Shown here: one piece after another, positions 34,036-42,826 of the stretch
Layout of the letters: each line of letters opens with the position of its first letter
Position numbering within the stretch: the stretch's first letter is position 1
Source of the DNA: an uncultured bacterium
GTDB taxonomy: Bacteria; Cyanobacteriota; Vampirovibrionia; Gastranaerophilales; Gastranaerophilaceae
Direction: 5' to 3'
NCBI GenBank assembly: GCA_903885635.1
Contig: CAISJE010000076.1
Coordinates: 588-64,587 of the forward strand
Length of the DNA stretch: 64,000 nucleotides
The notes under the pieces: generated by a model
Seen by the model: the letters and a program-made list of their open reading frames with translations, nothing else
Databases searched by the model: none
Told to the model about the DNA's origin: nothing
Position numbers and translations under genes: made by a program

Positions 34036-34321
34036 ATATGCCTTCTTTCTATTTAACAGCATTCATTATACAAAATATATACCACTATACATTACTAAAT
34101 TATCAAATAATGGTGCTTAGTTTTGTTTATACCCATTGGTAATTATCTGATAATGCTTACTAATACGGCAATATAGATAATATTTTCATCTTAACAAAAA
34201 TTATTATTGTAACTGTATTTCAGTACTATGTGACAAATATATGGTACTGTTTTTTGTTGTTTATTATATTTACGTTACCTATTAGCATGAGAAAAGTAAC
34301 ATTTTTCGCTAAGGGGGTATA

Positions 34322-34651
34322 ATGAATAAAAAGGATATTGGGAATAAAATAAAAGAGTTTCGCAACATAAAAGGTATGACACAAGCAGAATTAGCGGAAT
34401 CCGTAAATATGCATGAAAAACAAATTTCAAGAATTGAAACAGGTGTACATTTCCCTACATTTGATAATTTTGTAAAAATTTTAGAATGTCTTGATGTTGA
34501 ATTAAAAGATTTTGACATTAAGCCCAAAGTTAAAAAAAATAACCTCAAAAGCAAAGTGCAAAAAATAATTAATCATGCTACTGATAAAGAATTAAAGTAT
34601 TATGTTTCTGTTTTAGAATCATTGCAAAAGTGTTTTAAAACTACAAAATAA
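34322..34651 (+). CDS. XRE-family HTH regulator
   Basis: IGNKIKEFRNIKGMTQAELAESVNMHEKQISRIETG. RBS AAGGGGG. Confidence 0.75.
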   Translation: MNKKDIGNKIKEFRNIKGMTQAELAESVNMHEKQISRIETGVHFPTFDNFVKILECLDVELKDFDIKPKVKKNNLKSKVQKIINHATDKELKYYVSVLESLQKCFKTTK

Positions 34652-34774
34652 AATGAAAATCTTTTATGTCAGTATTTTTACATACTTAAAAAAATCTTAA
34701 TGATAAGGAGTTAAGCAATATTTATAGAAGTTCTATAGAAATCAATTAAATAAGGATTTATCTCCCATAAAATA

Positions 34775-35809
34775 TTAATCCAAATTAATTTTAATTGGAA
34801 AACGTTGATCTGCCTTTATTTCAGGTGCTAAATCACTAGTGTTTTTTATATTAATAATAATTGTACACTTATATTTCTCGGCACAAGAAGAAAGAAATGC
34901 TTTTAATTTTGAAATAATCTTTTCATTTTTTTGAGAATTTTGAGTATATTTATCAAAATTTTCAATATATATAAGCGTTCTTTTATCACTTTGTTGAGCA
35001 ACTTTGGCTTGTTCAATAAGAGTTTTTAATGCATTTTCTTCTGTCAATTTCTCAAAGTCAATTTTCTTAAGCTCACAACCAGCTTTTTTAGCTGTCCATT
35101 CAATTAATTCATCGCTAATCTTTTTATCTAATCCAGAAATCATAATCCCGTTGGGGAATGCACCAGTATTTACATTTTTTCCTGTTTTTTCAAGTTGAGC
35201 TTTTTTTATAAATTCTGGTTGTAAGATTTCAGTATACAAGCTTAATTTTTGATCCTGAATTAACTCTTTATCTAGCCCTAAATCTTTTTCTTCTATTTCA
35301 ATTTTATTTTTTTCTAGTTCAAGGTTATTTCTTTTTTTCTTTATTTGTTCTAATTTAATATTTTTTTCTAATTCGGCTTGTTCTTGTTTTAATCTTCGCT
35401 CTTCTCTTTTTTGATACGCTAATTCATCTTTGATTTTCTGTTCTCTTCTAGCTCTTTTTGCAATTTCTTCTTTCATTTCCTTAATTTTAGCCGAAACAGA
35501 ACGAACTTTAGCTTCTACTTCTCTTATATTTGTATCACTTCTGAAAATATTATTCTGGACCCAGCCACGTTCACTCCAAATATCATCTTTAAGCATACTG
35601 CTGAAATTGTCTACATATAAATATTTTTTTGCATAATGTTCGATAGAATGCCAATCAGCTTTGAAGCTAACCTCTTTTTTTGTAATAACAGAAGATGAAA
35701 ATTTATCAGGGATTTGATTGCAATTATTGAAGCCAATATTGCTGTTTTTATTGGTATATGGAGAATATGTATTGTCTGTTTTAGTTTGTTTTATACTATG
35801 TACCTGCAT
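34775..35809 (-). CDS. leader-bearing coiled-coil protein with a degenerate (Walker-less) AAA+-like C-terminal domain
   Basis: Leader MQVHSIKQ...VSFKADW. The C-terminus aligns with the AAA+ gene at 36802-38193, but PNGIMISGLDKKIS replaces PNGILFYGPQSTGKT and IYIENFD replaces ILLDEFD. Confidence 0.6.
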   Translation of the reverse strand: MQVHSIKQTKTDNTYSPYTNKNSNIGFNNCNQIPDKFSSSVITKKEVSFKADWHSIEHYAKKYLYVDNFSSMLKDDIWSERGWVQNNIFRSDTNIREVEAKVRSVSAKIKEMKEEIAKRARREQKIKDELAYQKREERRLKQEQAELEKNIKLEQIKKKRNNLELEKNKIEIEEKDLGLDKELIQDQKLSLYTEILQPEFIKKAQLEKTGKNVNTGAFPNGIMISGLDKKISDELIEWTAKKAGCELKKIDFEKLTEENALKTLIEQAKVAQQSDKRTLIYIENFDKYTQNSQKNEKIISKLKAFLSSCAEKYKCTIIINIKNTSDLAPEIKADQRFPIKINLD

Positions 35810-35819
35810 TTTTACTCAC

Positions 35820-36725
35820 TTATTTTTGTTTGTTTTCCTGAGAAACTCTTAAAAGTTTTCGTCCAAGTGTAATCATACTCTCAATACCATTTTCTTTAGG
35901 TTTTTCTAATAATGATTTAAACTCATTATTGTTTTTAGCATTTAAATATTTTAACAGTTTAGGTATATCTGAATATTCAGACTCTGGTATTACTTTTTTT
36001 ATTAACTCAATATTATTTGCAATTAAAGGTATTCCCTCTGTTATTGCAAAATCTTTGTTTTCTAGTGTTATATAGTTTAAATATGGATTGAAATCTTCTA
36101 TTCCAATACCTAATTTTTCGCTATGGTTAATTAATTGGGGTAATGCTTCTTTTGCGATTTTTTTATCATTTGGATTTATTTTTTCAATAAAACCGTCAAG
36201 CCGTTTTTCTAAATCTTTTTTTGATTGTTCTGCTCCAGCCTGTTGTTCTTTGATTTGTTTTTCCAGTTCTGCTTTTTCTTTTTGTGCATTAATTAATTCT
36301 TCATTTTGTTTTGGTGCTGTTGACTTGACTGAAGGTTGAGAAGAGGGCGAAGATACTGCAGAATATTGACGTTTAGAACTTCCCTCAGAGGAGTTAATAT
36401 TTGACGACGTGCCTTTATTAGCTTTTTGAGCTCCTTCAGCAATATTTTCACCTGAATTTTTTAGTGGATTTTTTCCTTTTTTAAGATTTAATGCCAAAAT
36501 TATTCCACCAACAATAATAGCAATTCCCGCAATTATATAGGCTGTTATTTTATTTTTATCTTCTTTTTTATTAGGAGTTTCTTGAATTCCCGAAAAAGAA
36601 ATAGTATCTTGCTCAATAGAATTTTTACTAACTAAAAATTTACGTTGGTTAGTATTTTGTTGAACACTTTTATTATTTGTAGTTGAAATTTTATTATTTA
36701 AATAAATCACACTATTTCTCCACAT
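35820..36725 (-). CDS. leader-bearing single-pass membrane protein
   Basis: Leader ends in ISFSG (residues 43-47), followed by TM ITAYIIAGIAIIVGGIILAL and then an S/Q/K-rich linker. Confidence 0.55.
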   Translation of the reverse strand: MWRNSVIYLNNKISTTNNKSVQQNTNQRKFLVSKNSIEQDTISFSGIQETPNKKEDKNKITAYIIAGIAIIVGGIILALNLKKGKNPLKNSGENIAEGAQKANKGTSSNINSSEGSSKRQYSAVSSPSSQPSVKSTAPKQNEELINAQKEKAELEKQIKEQQAGAEQSKKDLEKRLDGFIEKINPNDKKIAKEALPQLINHSEKLGIGIEDFNPYLNYITLENKDFAITEGIPLIANNIELIKKVIPESEYSDIPKLLKYLNAKNNNEFKSLLEKPKENGIESMITLGRKLLRVSQENKQK

Positions 36726-36801
36726 CACTACTTATTTATAATAAAACATAAAATCGAATTTAATTGCTCAAATTACTCTTTCTTAATTAAGAAACATTAA
36801 C

Positions 36802-38193
36802 TTATATAGCTCTTTTTGTCATAGCCGCAATTTCTTTGGAGAATTTATCCATAGACTCAGGGATTATATCTGGACCTACTTCTCTTATAGCTTGAAGCAA
36901 ACCATTTTCTGTAACTTTTTGACTTGCTTTTTTAGTAATGGCGATATAATCTGAGACTATTGTTTTTATTCTGCCCACACTATATGCCTCATTTGTTTCT
37001 CTTGCTTTCATAACTTCATCAGCTAATTTAGAATGATCGATTACTTGTTCGGTATCACCCTTCAAATAAAATTTAAATACTTCTGCAGCATTTTCTTTTT
37101 CAGGTGGTCCTAAAAATACTTTTACTGGCATACGTTGATCTGCTAAAAGTTCTGAACTAAGTTTTAATGGATGATTTGTAGTCATAAATACGGTACATTT
37201 ATATTCATCAGAACATTTTTGTAAAAAGTTTTTCAATTTTGCAATTTTTGTATCTTCCAAAACTTTACCTAGATCTTTTTCATTTGAACTAGCAATAGAA
37301 TCAAATTCATCTAGAAGAATTATTGTTCGTTTTTTAGCTTTTCCACTATCTTCATAATCTTTTTTTGATTGTTTTGCAGCTTTCAATAAATCATTTATTA
37401 TATCATCGTCTGATTGCATCATGTCTATTTCAACATAATTACAACCATTTTTTCCTTCAGGACCAGTCATTGCAGCTTGATTAGCAAATTCTCTTGCAAA
37501 AAGAGTTTTTCCCGTGCTTTGTGGTCCATAAAATAGTATTCCGTTTGGCATTTTAACTTCAACGCCAGCTTTTTCTGCGGCTAATTTTCTTATAAAAGAT
37601 TCGTCAAGTTTTTCTTTAATAGGTTCGTTACCTGCTAATCTTCCCCAGCCTTTTTCTGCCTCTCTTTTTGTGGCATTTTCATAAATATTATTCATATCAC
37701 TAGCTTGTTTTGTTTTAGTATCATATTCTGCTTGTTTTTTGTTAAGCTTTTCTTCCATTTCTTTTACACGTTTTTCTAATTCAGCTTTTTCTGCTTGATC
37801 TTGTTGAGCATCTCTCATATCTTTTTGTAAGTTAGCTAACGTTAGTTTTATTTCGCCTAACTCGCTATTCTTGTCATTAAGCATTTTTTCCATAAGCCCC
37901 TGATTTACGTCTCTAAGGCTATCTGTTTCAGCTTGAGCTTCATAAAACCCTAAAGCTTGTGCGTCAGTTGCAGCCTTTGCATTTTTTGCCTTTTTTTTGT
38001 TTCTCCAACCATCTGCATGTTTAAGATTTTCTTGATAATGTGCTTGCCAGTCAAATTTTCTATCATTGTTTTCACCTTTGAAAGATACAGTATTTGCTTG
38101 AGCATTATTTGTTTTCATTTGACTTGAAGCATAATTTCTTTTTTTGAAATTATTTGTTTTTAAATAACAGTTTGGTTGAATAGTTAGTTGCAT
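36802..38193 (-). CDS. leader-bearing AAA+ ATPase with an N-terminal coiled coil
   Basis: Leader MQLTIQPN...VSFKG (36-40). Walker A GPQSTGKT, Walker B IILLDEFD, sensor-1-like MTTNHP. Confidence 0.8.
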   Translation of the reverse strand: MQLTIQPNCYLKTNNFKKRNYASSQMKTNNAQANTVSFKGENNDRKFDWQAHYQENLKHADGWRNKKKAKNAKAATDAQALGFYEAQAETDSLRDVNQGLMEKMLNDKNSELGEIKLTLANLQKDMRDAQQDQAEKAELEKRVKEMEEKLNKKQAEYDTKTKQASDMNNIYENATKREAEKGWGRLAGNEPIKEKLDESFIRKLAAEKAGVEVKMPNGILFYGPQSTGKTLFAREFANQAAMTGPEGKNGCNYVEIDMMQSDDDIINDLLKAAKQSKKDYEDSGKAKKRTIILLDEFDSIASSNEKDLGKVLEDTKIAKLKNFLQKCSDEYKCTVFMTTNHPLKLSSELLADQRMPVKVFLGPPEKENAAEVFKFYLKGDTEQVIDHSKLADEVMKARETNEAYSVGRIKTIVSDYIAITKKASQKVTENGLLQAIREVGPDIIPESMDKFSKEIAAMTKRAI

Positions 38194-38208
38194 ATTTAAC
38201 TCCTTTTA

Positions 38209-39348
38209 TTATATTTGTTTTGTTAATTCTAAAAACAATTTACCAAGTTCTTTAAAATTGCCCGAAGCAAATTCTGTGTATAATTTTTCTATTGTTTTTC
38301 TCAAATTAGTTTGTGCTTGTTTCCCCACTTTTTTGATTAATTCTTCTTCAATAAGTCTTAATTGCTCTAAAAATTCTCTTTGTCCGATGTTATTTAATTG
38401 TTCTTTAAGAGCTCTTAGTTGCTTTTCTAAGGCAGTTACCTCGCCTTGATATAATTTTTCAGATTCTTTTAATACTTTTATACTTTCTTTTTGAGATTTA
38501 TTTGAATCAAAAAAACCTAAAATTCGATCTTCATCAATACCCAATGATTCTTCTTTTATTCTAATAGCATCTTTTTTTAACTTTATTGCATTTTCTCGGA
38601 TGCTTATAGAATCTTCCTTCATTTGGATACCTTCATTCCGAATTCGTTTTGCTTCAGACTGTTTTCTTTTAACAGAAGTTTCTTTGCCAACAACCACCTC
38701 TTCTCTAGTTGTAAGTTCAATATTTTTTTTATCAATCCTTAATTCTTCAGATGATAATTCTACTTTTCTAGCTTGAATTCCGCCTTCATTTTTTACTATT
38801 TCAGACTCTCTTGCCTGTAGTGCATTATTTTTTCTTCTTTGTTCAGCATCTTGTAAATTTAGATTTTCTTCTTTTGTATTTAACCGAGAGCCTTTTTCCC
38901 TGAGTTCATTATCCTTCAAATTGAGCCGATTATCCTTATTGTTAAGTTCATTTTCTCTTGTGTCTAGTTGCCCTTCTTTTGTTTTAATTTTTTTGTCTCT
39001 AGAATTAAGTCCATTTTCTCTTTCATTAAGATTATGTTCTCTGCCATTTAATTTTTTGTCTCTTGTATCTTGATTAATATCTCTTTCGTCACACTTCTTA
39101 GTTCTGAAATCTATTGATTCGAGAGTTGTAGCTAATTTTGCTCTTTTTTTACCACCAAAAATCTTTATTATCCAATTCATTTTATCAAGCTTTTCATCTA
39201 AATGAGCCTGATAATCAAAAATATCATTATTACCCTTAAACGAAATGATATTTGTAGTTTTCATTATTGGGGCGTAATTCTTATAGCTATTATTATGCTT
39301 GTAAGAGGTTGTTTTTAAATAATAATTCGGCTGTGTTGTTAGTTGCAT
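38209..39348 (-). CDS. leader-bearing heptad-repeat protein
   Basis: Leader MQLTTQPN...ISFKG (35-39), followed by about 27 consecutive 7-aa repeats. Confidence 0.6.
   Translation of the reverse strand: MQLTTQPNYYLKTTSYKHNNSYKNYAPIMKTTNIISFKGNNDIFDYQAHLDEKLDKMNWIIKIFGGKKRAKLATTLESIDFRTKKCDERDINQDTRDKKLNGREHNLNERENGLNSRDKKIKTKEGQLDTRENELNNKDNRLNLKDNELREKGSRLNTKEENLNLQDAEQRRKNNALQARESEIVKNEGGIQARKVELSSEELRIDKKNIELTTREEVVVGKETSVKRKQSEAKRIRNEGIQMKEDSISIRENAIKLKKDAIRIKEESLGIDEDRILGFFDSNKSQKESIKVLKESEKLYQGEVTALEKQLRALKEQLNNIGQREFLEQLRLIEEELIKKVGKQAQTNLRKTIEKLYTEFASGNFKELGKLFLELTKQI
38521..39087 (-). repeat. about 27 tandem heptads ([RK]-[DE]-N-x-L-x-x type) in coding sequence
   Basis: Residues 88-276: ...RENGLNS RDKKIKT KEGQLDT RENELNN KDNRLNL KDNELRE KGSRLNT KEENLNL... 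Confidence 0.8.
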
Positions 39349-39525
39349 TTTATACTCCTGCTACCCACTTTGCTAGTTTTTATATAATTTAAAAACAGAC
39401 ATGAAAATTATTGTTAGTTTTAAACTTATTTTTTACATTGCTTAATATTTGTCCATTTTTTAGCAAAAAAAATATTTATGTGTTTTACACTAATAGAATA
39501 AAAAAATCGGAAAGTGTAAATAAAA

Positions 39526-41046
39526 ATGTTAGTAATCCCCATTAGCTACATAAATAATAAATGTAAAACAACTCAAAATCAACGCCAAAAGACTAAAGTT
39601 GGGTATGAGTATTCCCAAGATGTTTTCAATAAGCAACAAAATATAAGTTTTACAGGTATCCCTCAAATTACATTATTTGAAGATATAGTAAAAATTATTG
39701 TAAAAGGGGACTTAGGACAAATAGATAATTTAATAGATCCTTTTGTAATAAATGCGAACCTAAAGTCATTGTTACATGTTTCCGCAGAACATAAACAATT
39801 GAAAATATCAAAAAAATTACTAGATAAAGGTTTAAGCTTGAATCATAGAGACCGATTGGGTAAAACACCTTTTTCTATAGCCTGTTCTGTACAAGATGAA
39901 GAAAGCGTTAATTTATTTTTAAATTATAAACCTAATATAAATTCTCAAGATGAAATAGGTAATACTCCATTGCATGAAGCAATATCTAGCCCTAAAATTT
40001 TGGGTAGCTTATTAGATAAGGGAGCGAATCCATATGCGAAAAATTCATTTGGATTGCCTGTTTTACATGAAGCTTCTGACAACCCAGCTTCGTTTGAATA
40101 TTTATTAAAAAAGGGAGTAAATCCTGATTCAATTAATGATGAAGAGCAAACTCTTTTACATACAGCATCTATTGATGGAAATCAAAAACTTAGTGATTTA
40201 TTACTTCAATATAAAGCTGAGAAAAATTTTAGAGATAAAAATGGAAGGTCTCCTATTTTTTATTCAAAAGATAGTGAAACTGTAAAATATTGGATTAAAA
40301 ATGGAGTGGACGTCAATTTACAGGATAAAGACGGTAAAACAGCATTATTTGATTTTGTTTCAAAAAATGACATAAAAAGTGTTATTGAACTTTTAACAAA
40401 TGGAGCAAGAACAGATATTGCGGACAAAGATGGTAAAACAATACTTTTGTATGCAAATAATAATATTTTTAGAAAATTATTATTACAATTTGGTGCAGAT
40501 CCTAATGTTGTAACCAGTAATGGCAGTACTTTATTGCATACTGCTGTACAAAAAAATAATGAAGAAGTTGTAAAAACATTACTCGATTACAGCGCAAATG
40601 CAAAAGCCATAGATAAAAACGAAAAATCACCTTTATATTTTGCTAAGAGTAATGGGATCAGAAGTTTATTATTAGAGAATGGTGCAAATCCTAATGATGA
40701 ACTCTACTTGCATTTTGCATTGAAAACAGATAATGAAGAATTTTTCAATACTTTATTACGAATGGATAATATTGATGTAAATATTGAAGACTTGCATAGT
40801 AAAACACCTATTTTTTATTGTAAAAAAGAACAAGATGCAATAAAATTGGCAAATAAAAAAGCATATATAAATTATCAGGATGATAATGGAAATACACCGT
40901 TGCACCACTTTTATGCAACAGGGAATATGAAAATGGTAGAAACTTTTAAAAAGCTAGGAGCCGATGAAACAATAAAAAATAATAATGGAGAAATTCCACA
41001 AGAATTATTTAAAAAATATGAAAAATATTCCGCTTGGATTAAATAA
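39526..41046 (+). CDS. leader-bearing ankyrin-repeat protein
   Basis: Leader ends in ISFTG (40-44). Many ANK units (GNTPLHEA, QTLLHTA, GSTLLHTAVQKNNEEVVKTLL, GNTPLHH). Confidence 0.85.
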   Translation: MLVIPISYINNKCKTTQNQRQKTKVGYEYSQDVFNKQQNISFTGIPQITLFEDIVKIIVKGDLGQIDNLIDPFVINANLKSLLHVSAEHKQLKISKKLLDKGLSLNHRDRLGKTPFSIACSVQDEESVNLFLNYKPNINSQDEIGNTPLHEAISSPKILGSLLDKGANPYAKNSFGLPVLHEASDNPASFEYLLKKGVNPDSINDEEQTLLHTASIDGNQKLSDLLLQYKAEKNFRDKNGRSPIFYSKDSETVKYWIKNGVDVNLQDKDGKTALFDFVSKNDIKSVIELLTNGARTDIADKDGKTILLYANNNIFRKLLLQFGADPNVVTSNGSTLLHTAVQKNNEEVVKTLLDYSANAKAIDKNEKSPLYFAKSNGIRSLLLENGANPNDELYLHFALKTDNEEFFNTLLRMDNIDVNIEDLHSKTPIFYCKKEQDAIKLANKKAYINYQDDNGNTPLHHFYATGNMKMVETFKKLGADETIKNNNGEIPQELFKKYEKYSAWIK

Positions 41047-41085
41047 AAATTATTATTTAGAAAAACTTTAAGGAGTTATTAAAAA

Positions 41086-41859
41086 GTGCTTGTTACCGCA
41101 ATTCAACGTCAAAAACCAAATAAAAATATGCCTGAAAAATCAAGCATATCATTTAAAAGTTATTTAGGTGCTGACCAATATGGTTCACCTAAATTAAGAG
41201 AATCTTTGACTTATAGAGTTCAATTAACACCTGAAAAAATTGATGCTATTATGAAAAATGCACAAACAACTGATGAAGGTCTTGTTACTGTTTATAAAGA
41301 ATTAGTTGGAGAATCTAAGCATGTAGATCAAGGATTTATGGCTTTTAATTTCATTAATAGGCAGTATATGACGGTTGCCAAAAGAAGAATTCAAGGTCTT
41401 GTTGATTCCTATATCAAGAAAGAAGACGGTAAACCTATAGGAAATACAAAACATTTAAGCTCTAGAGTTACGGGTGGAAAAGGAAAATTAGAAGACCATT
41501 TAAAAAATTTACTATCAGATTTTGATGATATTAATGAAAAATATGTAGAAAATGGCTTAAAACCCCTAATTATAGCTTATGCTAAAATTAGTCAATATTT
41601 TCAAGAGGGCATAGATTATGTTAATATGAGAAAAAGTTCTTCTCCATTGAGAGAAAAATTGCTTGATAATACTAAAAAAATGTTAGAAAAATATGAAAGT
41701 CCTTATGAAAAAATATTTACAAGATTAGATAAACAAGGTGATTCATTGGTTAATAACAGTAATACGGTTCTAGAAAGTTATTCAAAACTTACAGGACGTT
41801 CTGTTCAAAAAATAATTAAATGGGTTGGCAGAATCTCAAGAGTAGCCGGTGGCGGTTAA
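41086..41859 (+). CDS. leader-bearing hypothetical protein
   Basis: GTG start after AAGGAG. Product starts MLVTAIQRQKPNKNMPEKSSISFKS. Confidence 0.55.
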   Translation: MLVTAIQRQKPNKNMPEKSSISFKSYLGADQYGSPKLRESLTYRVQLTPEKIDAIMKNAQTTDEGLVTVYKELVGESKHVDQGFMAFNFINRQYMTVAKRRIQGLVDSYIKKEDGKPIGNTKHLSSRVTGGKGKLEDHLKNLLSDFDDINEKYVENGLKPLIIAYAKISQYFQEGIDYVNMRKSSSPLREKLLDNTKKMLEKYESPYEKIFTRLDKQGDSLVNNSNTVLESYSKLTGRSVQKIIKWVGRISRVAGGG

Positions 41860-41877
41860 TAATATAAGGAGTGAAAA

Positions 41878-42816
41878 ATGATTACAGCTGTATCAAATTT
41901 TAAACAAAATAGTTTGAATAAAAACAATTCAAATAATAATTTAGACAATTTGCGAAGAACAGGTTTTAATAAAAATAATTCTTCGCAGCAATCTGTTCAA
42001 ATTTCTTTTAAAGGACTTAACGGATCTAAAATAGGTAAAAATATTTTAGATGATATTGCTTCAAATATGGGTAAAAAAGTTACACGTTTTACTGAAGAAA
42101 TGGTTGAATCAACAAAAATACTTTTTAGGAAGTTAAAAGGACAGGAGGAGTTGCCATTTAGTGAAAAACCAATAATGGCTCCAATGCAAATTAAAAAAAC
42201 TCAATGGACAACTAATTCTGAACATTTATTAACGAATATGAAAAAGGCAGGGCTTGATCCAGGAACTCCAAATGCAGATACCGTAGGAGGACTTCCAGAG
42301 TATGAAAAAAGTAAATTAAGAGGAATTATTGCAGATGGAGTTAAGGATAAAACTATCACTCAAGACGAAGCTGATAAATTTAACAGCGAGCTTAAATTCT
42401 GTGGCAACCCCAATAAAATAGATTTGGACGGAGGTGATATTAGTGAGGTTAATAAATTTGATGATATTGATAATTTAAGCAAAGCTGATTTGAACCTTAA
42501 TGATGGAGTTAATGATTTAACCTTTACACATGCAAATGATTTAGATGTTGATGGACATAATTTAAACTTGGATAATGCAGGGGATTTAAATAAATTGAGT
42601 TTAGAAGAGTTCAATGTCTCTAAGTTAGATGCTGATATAGATAGTCATACACTAGATATGGACTTTCATAACCTAGATTTGGATATTGACAATTTAAACT
42701 TGGCACATACAGATGATTTGGGCATAGATACTCATAAATTAGATATTGATAACTTCGGTCTTGATGTTAATCCAGATATCGATTTACCAGATATTGATCC
42801 ATCTAGTCTAGTCTAG
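41878..42816 (+). CDS. leader-bearing hypothetical protein with an acidic D/N/L-repeat C-terminus
   Basis: MITAVSNFKQ...QISFKG (42-46). C-terminus contains repeated LDxDxHxLD-like units. Confidence 0.55.
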   Translation: MITAVSNFKQNSLNKNNSNNNLDNLRRTGFNKNNSSQQSVQISFKGLNGSKIGKNILDDIASNMGKKVTRFTEEMVESTKILFRKLKGQEELPFSEKPIMAPMQIKKTQWTTNSEHLLTNMKKAGLDPGTPNADTVGGLPEYEKSKLRGIIADGVKDKTITQDEADKFNSELKFCGNPNKIDLDGGDISEVNKFDDIDNLSKADLNLNDGVNDLTFTHANDLDVDGHNLNLDNAGDLNKLSLEEFNVSKLDADIDSHTLDMDFHNLDLDIDNLNLAHTDDLGIDTHKLDIDNFGLDVNPDIDLPDIDPSSLV

Positions 42817-42826
42817 TTTTCGATAA

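Noticed and set aside
34213-34227. CTGTATTTCAG is an inverted match to CTGAAATAG at 10-18, a possible alternative right end of the prophage.
   Set aside because: Only 8 of 9 nt match and the flanking 5-mers differ. It would also place host-like leader-motif and nuclease genes inside the phage.
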